NCBI GenBank assembly: GCA_050011565.1
Contig: JBEKIW010000002.1
Span: 96,001-160,000, forward strand
DNA length: 64,000 nucleotides
Source: Dehalococcoidia bacterium
GTDB lineage: Bacteria > Chloroflexota > Dehalococcoidia > GIF9 > UBA5629
Direction: 5' to 3'
In this document: positions 1-10,500 of the stretch, one piece after another
How the letters are laid out: each line of letters begins with the position of its first letter
Numbering within the stretch: the first letter of the stretch is position 1
Made by a program: the position numbers and the translations under genes
Notes under the pieces: generated by a model
What the model saw: the letters and a program-made list of their open reading frames with translations, nothing else
Told to the model about the DNA's origin: nothing
Database searches by the model: none

Positions 1-1
1 G

Positions 2-154
2 GTAATCAACGGCATAGGTCTGGAAATAGGCGGCGAGAAGTTTCTAATCAGGGACTTTAAGAAAAAGGACGGCTTCAAGCGGGCGGTGCAGCTAGCCAAA
101 CAGTGGGAGCTCTACCGGCAGGACTATTGCGGCTGTATGTACAGCATTAGATAA
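2..154 (+). CDS. queH: Epoxyqueuosine reductase QueH, 3' end (5'-partial; not in ORF track)
   Basis: Manual translation VINGIGLEIGGEKFLIRDFKKKDGFKRAVQLAKQWELYRQDYCGCMYSIR*; DFKKKDGF..LYRQxYCGC is the QueH C-terminal motif. Confidence 0.85.
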   Translation, partial: VINGIGLEIGGEKFLIRDFKKKDGFKRAVQLAKQWELYRQDYCGCMYSIR

Positions 155-159
155 ATGGG

Positions 160-366
160 TTATCGCCCTTTTCCGCGGAAGGTCTCGATAAATCTCTCGA
201 TGGAGCGGTCGTAAGTCCTCTCGACATCAGCCGGGAAATAACACGCCGGCAGCTCACCCAACTTCTGGTGATAGGTGACACATTCGCAGCAAATGCCTTT
301 CCTGGAACACGGTTCGTAGGTGCAGTTGCACTTTGACTTATTCTGTTCAATTTTGCATTCTCTCAT
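160..366 (-). CDS. Small Cys-rich protein (DUF6485-like)
   Basis: [25 protein letters not shown] pattern; GGAG SD upstream. Confidence 0.7.
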   Translation of the reverse strand: MRECKIEQNKSKCNCTYEPCSRKGICCECVTYHQKLGELPACYFPADVERTYDRSIERFIETFRGKGR

Positions 367-391
367 AGCAACTCCCTATGTAATCACACTT

Positions 392-1552
392 CTACTTCCT
401 CTGGTCGAATCTCCGGCCTAAGAGAAGTGAAGCAATGGTAATTCTCTGAATTTCGATAGTCCCACCGGCAACACCCCAGCCCCAACCATCGCGCATCATC
501 CGCTCCACGGGGTATTCCTTGGAGTAGCCGTAGCCGCCGTGTATCTGCAGCGCCATACCGGTAACCTCTCTCACCATCTGATTGGCAAAGCACTTGGCCA
601 GGTTAGCTTCCAGCGGGATGGGCAATCCCGTAGCGGCATTTGACGTAGCCCTGTAGATAAGTAGACGGGCGGCCTCGACTTTTATAGCCATTTCTGCCAG
701 CATGAACTGAACTGCCTGGAACTGGCATATCTCTTTGCCCCACTGCTTCCTCTGCTGCGAATAAGCCATGGCTTCCTCCAGCGCTCCCTGGGCTATACCC
801 AAGCACATCGTCGAGTTGCCGCATCGCTCCAGGTCGAAGGCAGTCATCAGCTTTCTAAACTCGCCCTCCTTGACCACGAGGTTTTCCTTGGGAACACGGC
901 AGTCCTCGAAAATCAGGTCGCAGCTGGGAAAGCCTCTCATGCCCATAAACTGCTCCTGCTTGCCGAAAGAGAAACCGGGCATCCCTTTCTCAATGATTAA
1001 CCCACCGATGCCTTTAGCACCTTTCTGCTCGCTCAGCCTGACGTAAACGACATAAACATCAGAGGCGCCGCCGCCGGTAATAAATCTTTTCATGCCGTTA
1101 ACTATATAATGGTCGCCTTTCAATACCGCCCTGGTGGTCAGGTCGGTCAGTGCCGACCCGGCCTCCGGCTCGGTCATGCCGACGGAGATCATCGATTCAC
1201 CGGTGCACACAGGCGGTATATACTTTTGTTTCTGCTCCTCGGTGCCAAATTGCTCGATGACCTTGACCGGACCGACGTTGGATTCGAAAACAGGTGAAGC
1301 GCATAAACAGGACACACGTGCCAGCTCTTCGATGGCCAGAATAGCTTCAAAGGCCGAACGCCCCTGTCCTCCGTAGTTGACGGGAAGACACAAACCTAAA
1401 AGGCCTAAATCCGCCAGTTTTTTAACGTATTCGTGGGGTAAGTGTTCCGCCCCGGCTTCCCATTCCGCCGCCTTCGGTCGAAACTCCTTTTCCGCCACAT
1501 CATGCACCATCTTTTTCAGCATCTTCTGGTCTTCGGTCAATTGAAAGTCCAT
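392..1552 (-). CDS. Acyl-CoA dehydrogenase
   Basis: MTEPEAGS, NGMKRFIT, RKQWG..I, ALQIHGGYGY motifs; AAGGAG SD. Confidence 0.95.
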   Translation of the reverse strand: MDFQLTEDQKMLKKMVHDVAEKEFRPKAAEWEAGAEHLPHEYVKKLADLGLLGLCLPVNYGGQGRSAFEAILAIEELARVSCLCASPVFESNVGPVKVIEQFGTEEQKQKYIPPVCTGESMISVGMTEPEAGSALTDLTTRAVLKGDHYIVNGMKRFITGGGASDVYVVYVRLSEQKGAKGIGGLIIEKGMPGFSFGKQEQFMGMRGFPSCDLIFEDCRVPKENLVVKEGEFRKLMTAFDLERCGNSTMCLGIAQGALEEAMAYSQQRKQWGKEICQFQAVQFMLAEMAIKVEAARLLIYRATSNAATGLPIPLEANLAKCFANQMVREVTGMALQIHGGYGYSKEYPVERMMRDGWGWGVAGGTIEIQRITIASLLLGRRFDQRK

Positions 1553-1650
1553 CTTCTGCTCCTTGTGATTTATGGGCGCCGTCTCGGTATTTTATGCTGC
1601 CACTGAATTTTTTACAATTAGTATCCCTACCTTATGACTATTCGCGCAAA

Positions 1651-1705
1651 TGTAGTGGCGAGGCTTTAGCCTCGCCAAGTTCGATCTTAAAAGGTCGAAC
1701 CTGCA
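1651..1705. repeat. REP-like double hairpin
   Basis: TGGCGAGGCT-TT-AGCCTCGCCA next to GTTCGATCTT-AA-AAGGTCGAAC, closed by TGTAG/CTGCA. Confidence 0.6.
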
Positions 1706-1782
1706 TGTTTTGCTTGGTTGCCATCCGTTGAGGAATTTTGCTAAGCTGAAAAAAGACATGCCAACGCAAAGGAGACCAAACC

Positions 1783-2784
1783 ATGAAACTGGTGACTTCT
1801 GAAATTTCCACCGCTCTAGGGCCGGTGCAGCGCATCGGGGCAATACGCCACGATAGAATCATCGACCTCAACATGGGCTATACGCGCTACCTTGCCGATA
1901 AGCACGACAACGGCCGGCATTATGAACTGGCCGCGGCAGTGCTGCCGTCTGATATGATTTCCTTTTTCCGCAGCGGTAAGGAAGGCAGAGAGGCAGCCCA
2001 GACAACCATAGATTACGTAGCGAAGAAGCAGTCAAAAGCACCCATCATGGGACCCGAGGGTGAAAAAATAGTTTATGAGATGGCCGAGGTCAAGCTCAAG
2101 GCTCCGGTGCCCCGGCCGAATTCCCTTCGGGACTACCTTGCCTTCGAAGGCCATGCCAGCCGGTCCGGGCAAAAGAAACTGGACAAGGCCTGGTATGAGA
2201 TGCCGGTCTGCTACCGGGGTAATCCGGACACGGTTATCGGGCCCGATGAAATTATCCCCTGGCCAAGTTATACGGATTTGCTCGACTACGAGCTGGAGTA
2301 CGGCATCTACATAGGCAAAGAGGGCAAGAACATCCCACGTGAAAAAGCAGAAGAATACATTGCCGGTTACACTATCTTAAACGATATCAGCGCCCGCGAC
2401 ATACAGTTGCGGGAGATGGTAGTCGGCCTCGGTCCGGTCAAAGGTAAGGACTTCTGCAGCGCTATGGGGCCTTGTCTGGTGACACCGGACGAGGTGAACC
2501 CGGCGAACATGCGCATGATAGCACGCATCAACGGTGAGGTCTGGTCGGACAATAACAGCGGCACCAGCTACTGGACCTGGCCTCAGATTATCGAGTTCGC
2601 CTCCATGGAAGAAACGCTCTATCCCGGCGACTTCCTCGGCTCGGGAACTGTGGAGATGGGCTGCGGCGGCGAGTTGAACAGATGGATTCAGCCCGGCGAC
2701 GTCATCGAATTGGAAGTGGAGGGCATCGGCATACTCAGAAATCGGGTCGGCGACAAGCCACCGAAGCGGACTTTCACCCGCTGA
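1783..2784 (+). CDS. Fumarylacetoacetate hydrolase family protein
   Basis: DYELE, NDISARDIQ, KGKDF, GSGT motifs. Confidence 0.93.
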   Translation: MKLVTSEISTALGPVQRIGAIRHDRIIDLNMGYTRYLADKHDNGRHYELAAAVLPSDMISFFRSGKEGREAAQTTIDYVAKKQSKAPIMGPEGEKIVYEMAEVKLKAPVPRPNSLRDYLAFEGHASRSGQKKLDKAWYEMPVCYRGNPDTVIGPDEIIPWPSYTDLLDYELEYGIYIGKEGKNIPREKAEEYIAGYTILNDISARDIQLREMVVGLGPVKGKDFCSAMGPCLVTPDEVNPANMRMIARINGEVWSDNNSGTSYWTWPQIIEFASMEETLYPGDFLGSGTVEMGCGGELNRWIQPGDVIELEVEGIGILRNRVGDKPPKRTFTR

Positions 2785-2862
2785 GGTTTGCCATTTTTAA
2801 CGCAATGGGCCGGGAACAGATGCTCCTGGCTACCCACTCACTTCAATCTGCCGGAAAAAACA

Positions 2863-3726
2863 TTACTTCGTACCAAACAGCGTGTAGAAACCTTTGCCGA
2901 CTTTTCTGCCCAGATAGCCGATTTCCACCATTCTCTTGAGCAACGGCACCGGCTTATATCTTTCCCATCCGGTCTGCTTGTAAATCTCCTCCAGCAGGTC
3001 TACGCCGACATCCACACCAACCAGGTCGCACAACTCGAACGGACCCATAGGCCAGTTGAAAGACAACCTGACAATTTTGTCTATATCCTCCATGGAAGCC
3101 AGCCCCTCTTCCAGTAATCTGGCGCCCTCGTTCATCACCAGCGGTATCAGCCTATTGGTGATAAAACCGGGCGAATCTTTAACCAGCACCGTTTCCTTGC
3201 CTATAGACTTGCCAAAATCGAGGCTGACTTTTATGGTCTCCTCCGAGGTAAGCAGCGACTTGACCACCTCCAGGCCTCTCATCATGGGCACCGGGCTGAA
3301 AAAGTGCATGCCGATGACCTTTTCCGGGCGTTTGGTTGCCGAAGCCAGCAGACCTATAGGTATGCCGGAGGTGTTGGATGCCAGTATGGTCTCCTTGGGG
3401 CATATCTCTTCCAGCTGCTGGAAGATGGGCATCTTGACTTCAGCCCTTTCAAAGACCGCCTCGATAACGTAGTCGGCGTCTTTAGCCGCCTGCTTTAAGT
3501 CTATCGAGGTGTGAATATCTGCCATCGCCTTATCCATATCGGTCTGGCTGACTCTGCCCTTCTCTACAAACCTGCCCAGGCTGGCTTTTATAGCCCCCAT
3601 TCCCCTGTCGATGAATTCCTGCTTAACATCAACCATGGTCGTTTCATAACCGGCTTGAGCTACCACCTGGGTTATGCCATTGCCCATCGTTCCCGAGCCG
3701 ATAATACAAATTTTCTTTATAGCCAT
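2863..3726 (-). CDS. hbd: 3-hydroxyacyl(butyryl)-CoA dehydrogenase
   Basis: GSGTMG Rossmann motif, ASNTSG, GMHFF, PGFITNRL, PMGP; start placed at MAIKK behind a GGAGG SD. Confidence 0.92.
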   Translation of the reverse strand: MAIKKICIIGSGTMGNGITQVVAQAGYETTMVDVKQEFIDRGMGAIKASLGRFVEKGRVSQTDMDKAMADIHTSIDLKQAAKDADYVIEAVFERAEVKMPIFQQLEEICPKETILASNTSGIPIGLLASATKRPEKVIGMHFFSPVPMMRGLEVVKSLLTSEETIKVSLDFGKSIGKETVLVKDSPGFITNRLIPLVMNEGARLLEEGLASMEDIDKIVRLSFNWPMGPFELCDLVGVDVGVDLLEEIYKQTGWERYKPVPLLKRMVEIGYLGRKVGKGFYTLFGTK

Positions 3727-3893
3727 TTTCGTTCCCTCCAATAATTTTGGCTTATTTTATCATGAAATCCTGCACTCGGTAACTCATTAAACACAGAATA
3801 CATGGGCTTAAGAGATATGTGACCTTTGCTGATATCACACTTAAAAGGTTATAATAGCACCTCGCATGCCAGGACCAATTCTCAGCTAATCAA

Positions 3894-6053
3894 ATGAAAA
3901 TACTACATCAAATCGAATATAAACCGGCCAAAGTTGTCGGCGGGTACACAGACCGTATACTCAGAGTCGACCTCGGTAAGCCCGAAATCACCATCCAGAA
4001 GCTACCGCCTGATTTTAAGAACAAGTACATCGGCGGACGCGGCTATGCACTCAAGCTGATTTGGGACGGTACCACGAGGGAAACCCACTATGATAGTCCC
4101 GAGAACATTCTGGTAATGTCCAGTGGCCCACTGGGCAATGAGCCTGCATTTCCGGGAACGGGAAAATTCATAGTCGGCACTATTTCTCCCCTGACAGATA
4201 CGTTTATCGATTCCAATATCGGCGGCCACTTCGGGCCAATATTGAAACGCGCCGGCTTCGATGCACTGGCTGTCTCCGGCGTATCCAAGCAAGACGTGGT
4301 CATTTTGATTGACGGCGATGCGCGGACCATAGCCATTGCCGCTGCGCCTGCCTACGATAAAGAAACCGACGAGGGTGCCCTTTCCTTTGGCGAAAGGCTG
4401 CTGAAAGAGGTTAACGATGGAGAGCTTAACGATTCTATGGCTGCCGTAACCGCCGGCAAAGGCGCCTGCAATGCCAGGTTCGGTATTGTCAATAGCCTGT
4501 TCTTCGATGTCAGGCGGAAGCGCCTCCGCTCCAAACAGGCCGGCAGAGGCGGCACCGGAACCGTCATGCGCTACAAGGGACTACGAGGTATTGTGGTTCG
4601 CTCCAATCTTTCAAAGGTTAATGCTAATAATGCTATAGACAAAGAAGGCGTGCGCCAGGCAGGCTCAAAGCTGAAGGCGGTCGTCTCCAAGTGCGATACT
4701 CAACAGCTCCATCTGTCTACATGGGGCACCACCGGCCTATCCGAATATATGGACAAATTCCACCTGTTCCCCATCAATAACTATCAATACGGGCAGAGCC
4801 CCGAGTCACCCAAGCTCTTTGCGCAGGTCTTCCTAGAAAAGTACTTTGACAAGAAGATACCCGATGGCTGTTACTATGGCTGCAATCTGGCATGTGCCAA
4901 GGGTGCTGAAAATGTTAAGCTGACGCGGGGACCAAAGGCAGGGCGGGTGGTTAACATCGACGGTCCTGAATATGAAACCGTGGGCGCCGTCTCCTCGATG
5001 GGTATTTTCGACCCCCATTTCGTTATGGAATACAACTGGTACTGCGATGAATACGGGCTCGATACCATCTCCACAGGCGTGACCATCAGCTTTTTCATGG
5101 AATGTGTTCAGCGCGGCTTTTTAACAGCCGCTGACACAGGCTATGAGCTGGCATTCGGCAATATTGAGGCTGCGGACAGGCTGCTGCACGAAATCGCCAG
5201 CGGCACAGGTTTCGGTAAAATTGTCGGCCAGGGTGTTGCCAGAGGCAAGAAATGGGTAGCCGAGAGACATGCCACCAGAAATGGCACTTCTCAAGACGCC
5301 GTCATGGCGGAGCTCAACAAGTTCGGCATGGAAATTAAAGGCCTTGAGTTCTCTATGTACATTACCAAAGAGTCGCTCGCCCAGCAGGGCGGCTATGGCT
5401 TTGCCCTCAAGGGACCGCAACATGACGAGGCGTGGCTTATTTTCATCGACCAGGTCCACAAAGAGCTGCCGACCCTGGAGCACAAGGCGAATGCGCTTAA
5501 GTGGTTCCCCCTGATTCGCACTTGGTTTAACGCCACCGGGCTGTGCAAGCTGCCGTGGATAGACGTCCGAAATCCGGAGGCAGCTAGTACTGCCGAGCCA
5601 TCCAAGAATATCCCAACGCTGGAGTATTACGTCGCGTATCTCAATGCCACCACAGGCAGCAATAAAACACTCCAGGACGTCCTGGACGATTCGGAAAGGC
5701 TGTACATACTTCAAAAGCTAATCAATCTGCGTCACGGAAAAGGGACGAGGGCCAGCGACCAGATTCCCCAGAGGGCAATAGGTCCTGCCTATTTCAATGA
5801 GTATGAAGCCCGTGCTGAGTACTACGACGAATGGCTGCAGCAACAGCTGGGTGATAAACTAGTTCCGGCAAGTCCGGAACAAAGGCACAAGCTGCTCATG
5901 GAGAAAAGGGCTGAAGCTTATCAGAATCTGTGCGATATCGTTTACGAAAAGAAAGGCTTCGCCTCCGATGGTATACCCAGGCGCGAGACGGTTGAGAAAT
6001 TCGGCCTTATGGACGAGCAGGCAAAGCAGCTGCTAAGCCGGTTAGGCGTGTAA
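3894..6053 (+). CDS. Aldehyde:ferredoxin oxidoreductase family (W/Mo-pterin)
   Basis: ISPLT..SNIGG, QAGRGG, CYYGCNLAC, GPEYET, CDEYGLDTIS, GLC motifs; MoaD follows. Confidence 0.92.
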   Translation: MKILHQIEYKPAKVVGGYTDRILRVDLGKPEITIQKLPPDFKNKYIGGRGYALKLIWDGTTRETHYDSPENILVMSSGPLGNEPAFPGTGKFIVGTISPLTDTFIDSNIGGHFGPILKRAGFDALAVSGVSKQDVVILIDGDARTIAIAAAPAYDKETDEGALSFGERLLKEVNDGELNDSMAAVTAGKGACNARFGIVNSLFFDVRRKRLRSKQAGRGGTGTVMRYKGLRGIVVRSNLSKVNANNAIDKEGVRQAGSKLKAVVSKCDTQQLHLSTWGTTGLSEYMDKFHLFPINNYQYGQSPESPKLFAQVFLEKYFDKKIPDGCYYGCNLACAKGAENVKLTRGPKAGRVVNIDGPEYETVGAVSSMGIFDPHFVMEYNWYCDEYGLDTISTGVTISFFMECVQRGFLTAADTGYELAFGNIEAADRLLHEIASGTGFGKIVGQGVARGKKWVAERHATRNGTSQDAVMAELNKFGMEIKGLEFSMYITKESLAQQGGYGFALKGPQHDEAWLIFIDQVHKELPTLEHKANALKWFPLIRTWFNATGLCKLPWIDVRNPEAASTAEPSKNIPTLEYYVAYLNATTGSNKTLQDVLDDSERLYILQKLINLRHGKGTRASDQIPQRAIGPAYFNEYEARAEYYDEWLQQQLGDKLVPASPEQRHKLLMEKRAEAYQNLCDIVYEKKGFASDGIPRRETVEKFGLMDEQAKQLLSRLGV

Positions 6054-6058
6054 TTAAG

Positions 6059-6304
6059 ATGGCGGCATCAATTAAGTTCCTGGGAATGCAGCGCACTGTA
6101 ACAAAGACAGATAGCATAGATATGCCCATAACTGAAAAGACCAGGGTCAATGATGCACTGGAATACGTCAGACAACGCTATCCCGAGCTCCCTTTGGAAG
6201 AAGGGATGGTACTGGTAACAGTCAACCTCGAGATAGCCGCTCCGGACAGGATTCTCAGGGACAGGGACACCATCTCATTTCTGCCGCTTATAGCCGGCGG
6301 CTGA
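6059..6304 (+). CDS. moaD: MoaD/ThiS sulfur carrier
   Basis: 81 aa ubiquitin-like, ends PLIAGG; directly after AOR. Confidence 0.88.
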   Translation: MAASIKFLGMQRTVTKTDSIDMPITEKTRVNDALEYVRQRYPELPLEEGMVLVTVNLEIAAPDRILRDRDTISFLPLIAGG

Positions 6305-6373
6305 CTATTGGCTTCTCCCAGGTCATCGTATCTCTATTAATTCTTTTTATTTCGATAAAGGAGGTAAATTAGC

Positions 6374-6661
6374 ATGATAGTTGTAGCTGCGAAACTAAAG
6401 GCAGCGGAAGGCAAAGGAGATGAACTGGAGAAGGAATTCCGGAAGCTGGTACCCAAAGTACTTAAGGACCCGGGCGCCATAAGCTATGCCGTTCACCGCA
6501 AAGTGGATGCCCCGAATGAATTCTTGGTATACGAGAAATACGAAAGCGGAGAGGCTTTAAAATTTCATGGCTCGACTGAGCACTTCAAGGAGTTTTCGAA
6601 AGCTATCGCGTCTCTCTTGGAGGGACGCCCCGAGGTTGGGATATACAATGAGCTTGTCTGA
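6374..6661 (+). CDS. ABM-family (putative quinol monooxygenase) protein
   Basis: DPGAISY..FLVYEKY..ALKFHGSTEHFKEF; AGGAGG SD. Confidence 0.85.
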   Translation: MIVVAAKLKAAEGKGDELEKEFRKLVPKVLKDPGAISYAVHRKVDAPNEFLVYEKYESGEALKFHGSTEHFKEFSKAIASLLEGRPEVGIYNELV

Positions 6662-6693
6662 AGCGCTTTGGTAGTGTTTAAATAATCGAGGTA

Positions 6694-7389
6694 TTACTCC
6701 CAGCCCTCGGCTGCCAGGGCATCGTGCAGTTCATCGGGGTGATGGCGGCACCTATACTCAAGCCGGCTTGACTCCTCATGTGCTTTACTGTAGGGCAATC
6801 CGCCTGCCATGCGGTTGCGTTCATGCAGTTCATGTAACAGGACAAAGCCGCGTTCCGCCTCTTCAATGGCGTCGTCTATCCACACCTCATTTTCAGGTAC
6901 GAATTCATATACATGGTCATGGCCGCCCTCGGTAAAGTCGATATCGAAGACGCTGCGGACCAGGCGACCGTTGACCACCCACACGCTGACGCCTTTCTCC
7001 AACTTTTTCCACAGCCGCTCGTGGACATCTTTAGCGTCTGGTAATTGTTGCCCGTGATGCGTCAACAGGCTGACGTCTCCGGCAAGTCGGCGTTCTCTAC
7101 GCTCCTGCCGGTCGGCCTCAACCAGAGCATTGTCATACGGCACACCTTTGGCCATAAGCCGGTGCTCTACCAGCAGGTGGTCGATGAAAAACAATGTCTC
7201 GTCGTGAGCAGCCTCACGGTCTATCCAGAGCTCGTTCAACGGAATATAGGTAAAGGCGAAATGCTGGCCGAAGTTGGTAAACTCCTCGTCGATGTGGCCG
7301 CGTATATAGCTGCCGTCGACAATCCAGACCGTCAAATCGCCTCGCTGGTCTATCTTCTTGATGTATGGCGGTTTCGGTGCCGTTGACAT
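6694..7389 (-). CDS. Hypothetical protein with two homologous halves; HELHE..Y..AH putative metal-binding motif in the second half
   Basis: Internal duplication VWIVDG..IPLNELWID / VWVVNG..VPENEVWID; start at MSTAPK with AAGGTGA SD. Confidence 0.75.
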   Translation of the reverse strand: MSTAPKPPYIKKIDQRGDLTVWIVDGSYIRGHIDEEFTNFGQHFAFTYIPLNELWIDREAAHDETLFFIDHLLVEHRLMAKGVPYDNALVEADRQERRERRLAGDVSLLTHHGQQLPDAKDVHERLWKKLEKGVSVWVVNGRLVRSVFDIDFTEGGHDHVYEFVPENEVWIDDAIEEAERGFVLLHELHERNRMAGGLPYSKAHEESSRLEYRCRHHPDELHDALAAEGWE

Positions 7390-7585
7390 AGTCACCTTAA
7401 ATTTATTATAGACGGTAACATTAGTCAAGGCATAGATATATATTTGCTACCATATTTTCATAGAACCTGGGCTGAAAAGCAAGTGAGACGAGGCACAATC
7501 ATCACGCCTTGAACAGGTGGCTGCGGAATTAATGACGCACGCAAAAACCAACAAAGCAGGCTACTGTGCAGCGGGATGTGACCTT

Positions 7586-10500
7586 CTACCGGCCTGCGGT
7601 TAAAGTGCGCTGCACCTCTCTGCTCAACTGCTCGGCATCAAAAGGCTTGTCGATATGGGCAACTTTAGTCTCGGAGAGGAACTTTTCGGTATCCGCGCCC
7701 ATAACATCGCCGGTGATGAAGACCACTCTCCGGGCTAGCGATTTGTCTATCTTTTGAATACGCTTGTATAGTGTCACGCCATTTATGCCCGGCATCTTGA
7801 TATCCACCAGGATGAGCTTGTATCTCTTGCTCTCAATTTTCTTCAAAGCATCAACAGCGTTATCTACAGTGTCTACCTTGTGACCTTCACCAGTTAGCAC
7901 CCGATTGACAACGTCCCTCACCACCTGCTCATCATCCACCACCAGTATCCTGGCTTTGACCGCCTTCTTAGGCTTTTTAACAATTGGCTCAGCCGGCTTT
8001 GGCGGTTTGGCTTCGGTGGCTACAGGCAGCTCAACGATAAATGTAGCACCCTTGCCCGGCTTGCTTTCGGCGTATATCTTCCCCTTATGTTCGGTAATTA
8101 TGCCGTAGCAGAGGCTCAAGCCCAGCCCGGTGCCCTGACCTACCTCTCTGGTAGTAAAGAAGGGGTCGAATATCTTATCCATGACCTCTGGCATTATTCC
8201 CGGGCCGTTGTCTTTGACGCATATCTTTATGGTGTTGTCGCTTTTCTCCGTCGTTATGGTGAGCCTGCCTTTGCCGTGAGCCAGCTTCATCTCCATCTCG
8301 GCATTGACGATTAAGTTGAGCAGCACCTGCTGTATTTGACCCGGGTCGACCACGGTTTCGAGCACATCAGGAGCCAGCCGTGTAACAACTTCAATGTTGT
8401 TGACCCTCAGGTGATAAGCTCGCAGGACGAGCGTGCTCTCTATAAGCTCGTTGATATCGGCCAGCTTTCGCTGCGGCTTGGTCTGGCGAGAGAAGGCCAG
8501 CAGCGTCCGTACGATGCCGGCCACGCGTCGAGCACCATCATTGATAGCTTCCAAATCGCTCCTGATGTCCGATGGGATGTCCTCTCGGCCCACAAGCAAC
8601 TGGGCATAGCCGGTGACTGCGGTGAGAGGGTTATTTATCTCGTGGGCAACGCCGGCTGCCATCTCGCCCACAGAAGCCAGGCGGCTGCTAATTTGAGCCT
8701 TTAGCTCCAGCTGCATCCTCTTCTCTTCAGCCATCTTGCGCTCGGTGATATCACGCCCAACTCCCCGAAAACCGATAATTTCTCCCCCCTGGCTGCGCAA
8801 AAGAGAAACCGAGGCATCGGCAAATCCTATACTCCCATCTTTTCTGATGAGTCCCCAGAGAAAGCCTTTATTCGGCTCGCCTGTTCTGTAAACCTCGTTA
8901 AAAGCCTGATACACGTGCTCGATATTCTCTTCAGCCGTGAAGCCTCGATAATTCATCCCCAGTAGCTCTTCTCTGGGGTATCCTAGATGGTGGCATACTG
9001 CATCATTAATGAAGGTTAGGTTGCCGGCAAGGTCTACCTCAAAATAGCTATCTTCTATCTCCTCCAGGATAGTCCGATATCTTTCCTCCGACTGTCTCAG
9101 GGCTTCTTCCGCCCATTTGCGTTCGGTAACATCACGGCCGACTCCACGCCAGCCGATTATCTCGCCACCCTCATTTCGTAGGGGAAAGATCGAGGTTTCG
9201 GTAAATGTTCGACTTCCGTCCTTTCTAATCATTTCCCGGGGAAACAATTCAACTGGCTCACCTGTACGATATACCTGATTGGAGGCCTGAGATACTCTTT
9301 TGACATCCTCAGGGGGTGTGAAAACCAGATAGTTCATCCCCATCATCTCTTCTCTGGAATAGCCCAGGTGGCGACACAGTGCATCGTTGAAAACAGTGAA
9401 GTTGCCGGCGAGGTCTGTCTCATAGTAGGACTCTTCCATATCCTCCAGAATACCCCGATATCTCTCCTCTGATCGTCTCAGGGCTTCTTCGGATTTCCTG
9501 CGTTCGGTGGTCTCCCGCGCCGCCGCTAGAATACCGACAGGCTGACCGTCGGCATCCCGAATTAAAGAAGCCTTGACTTCACACCAGACCGTAGAGCCAT
9601 TCTTGCAGGTAAACTCAAGTTCCAGCGTCTGCACTCTGGATAGGTCCTTTGACTCCAGGCTTTCTATGGCTAGTTCTTCCGTAAAAGCCTTCACCGCCGT
9701 CTCAGCGGATGAGGGGGTGAACAATTCCTCTAGAGACTGGGCCATAGCTTCTTCAACAGTATAGCCTCGGACTTTTGTAACAGACGGGCTCATATAGGTA
9801 CACCGCAGGTTCGTATCCACAATCCCGATGATATCACTCGCGTTCTCCGCAAGGTAGTGGTATTTCTCTTCGCTCTCTTTCAGCGCCTCCTCCATCTGCT
9901 TGCGCTCGGTTATATCTTTAACCGTTGCAAAGTAACTTATTACGTTCCCCTGCCGATCTTTTATCCAGGCGGGGCTCACAATCACTGGAAAGCGCTCGCC
10001 ATTTTTTCTCATGAAAGTCAAATCGAGATCCGCGAAGTCACCTGCCATGGTCTTCTGGAAGGCCCTGTCTATTTCTTCGTATTGTTCTGGTGGCCAATAG
10101 GGATGGGGTGGGCCGACTCCGATAAGCTCCTCTCTTAAAAAGCCGGTCATCTCACACAGGGCGGGGTTAACATCAATGTGAACGCCGTGGTTATCCAGCA
10201 CAGAGATACCGTCTCTCGCCGAAGTGATGAGGCTCTCTGAGAACTCCTTTGCCTCCCGCAGCGCCTCATCCGCCTGCTTGTGTTCGGTGATGTCTGCAAA
10301 AGTGGTATAGCCCTGGTAAGGCTTACTCTTTCCGGGTCTGAATTGTGGTGTGGCATATATGTTTATCCAGTGATACTGCTCATCTCCGGGGTTGAATACA
10401 CCCATAACCACATCTTTGACTTCGTTACCGGTTTTGAGTGCAATTATTGACGGGTGCGTCTCTCCTGGGAAATCGGACCCGTCTTCGTGAATAGCTTTCC

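Noticed and set aside
3818-3840. TGTGA..TCACA as a CRP/Rex site upstream of AOR
   Set aside because: The 12-bp spacer fits neither consensus
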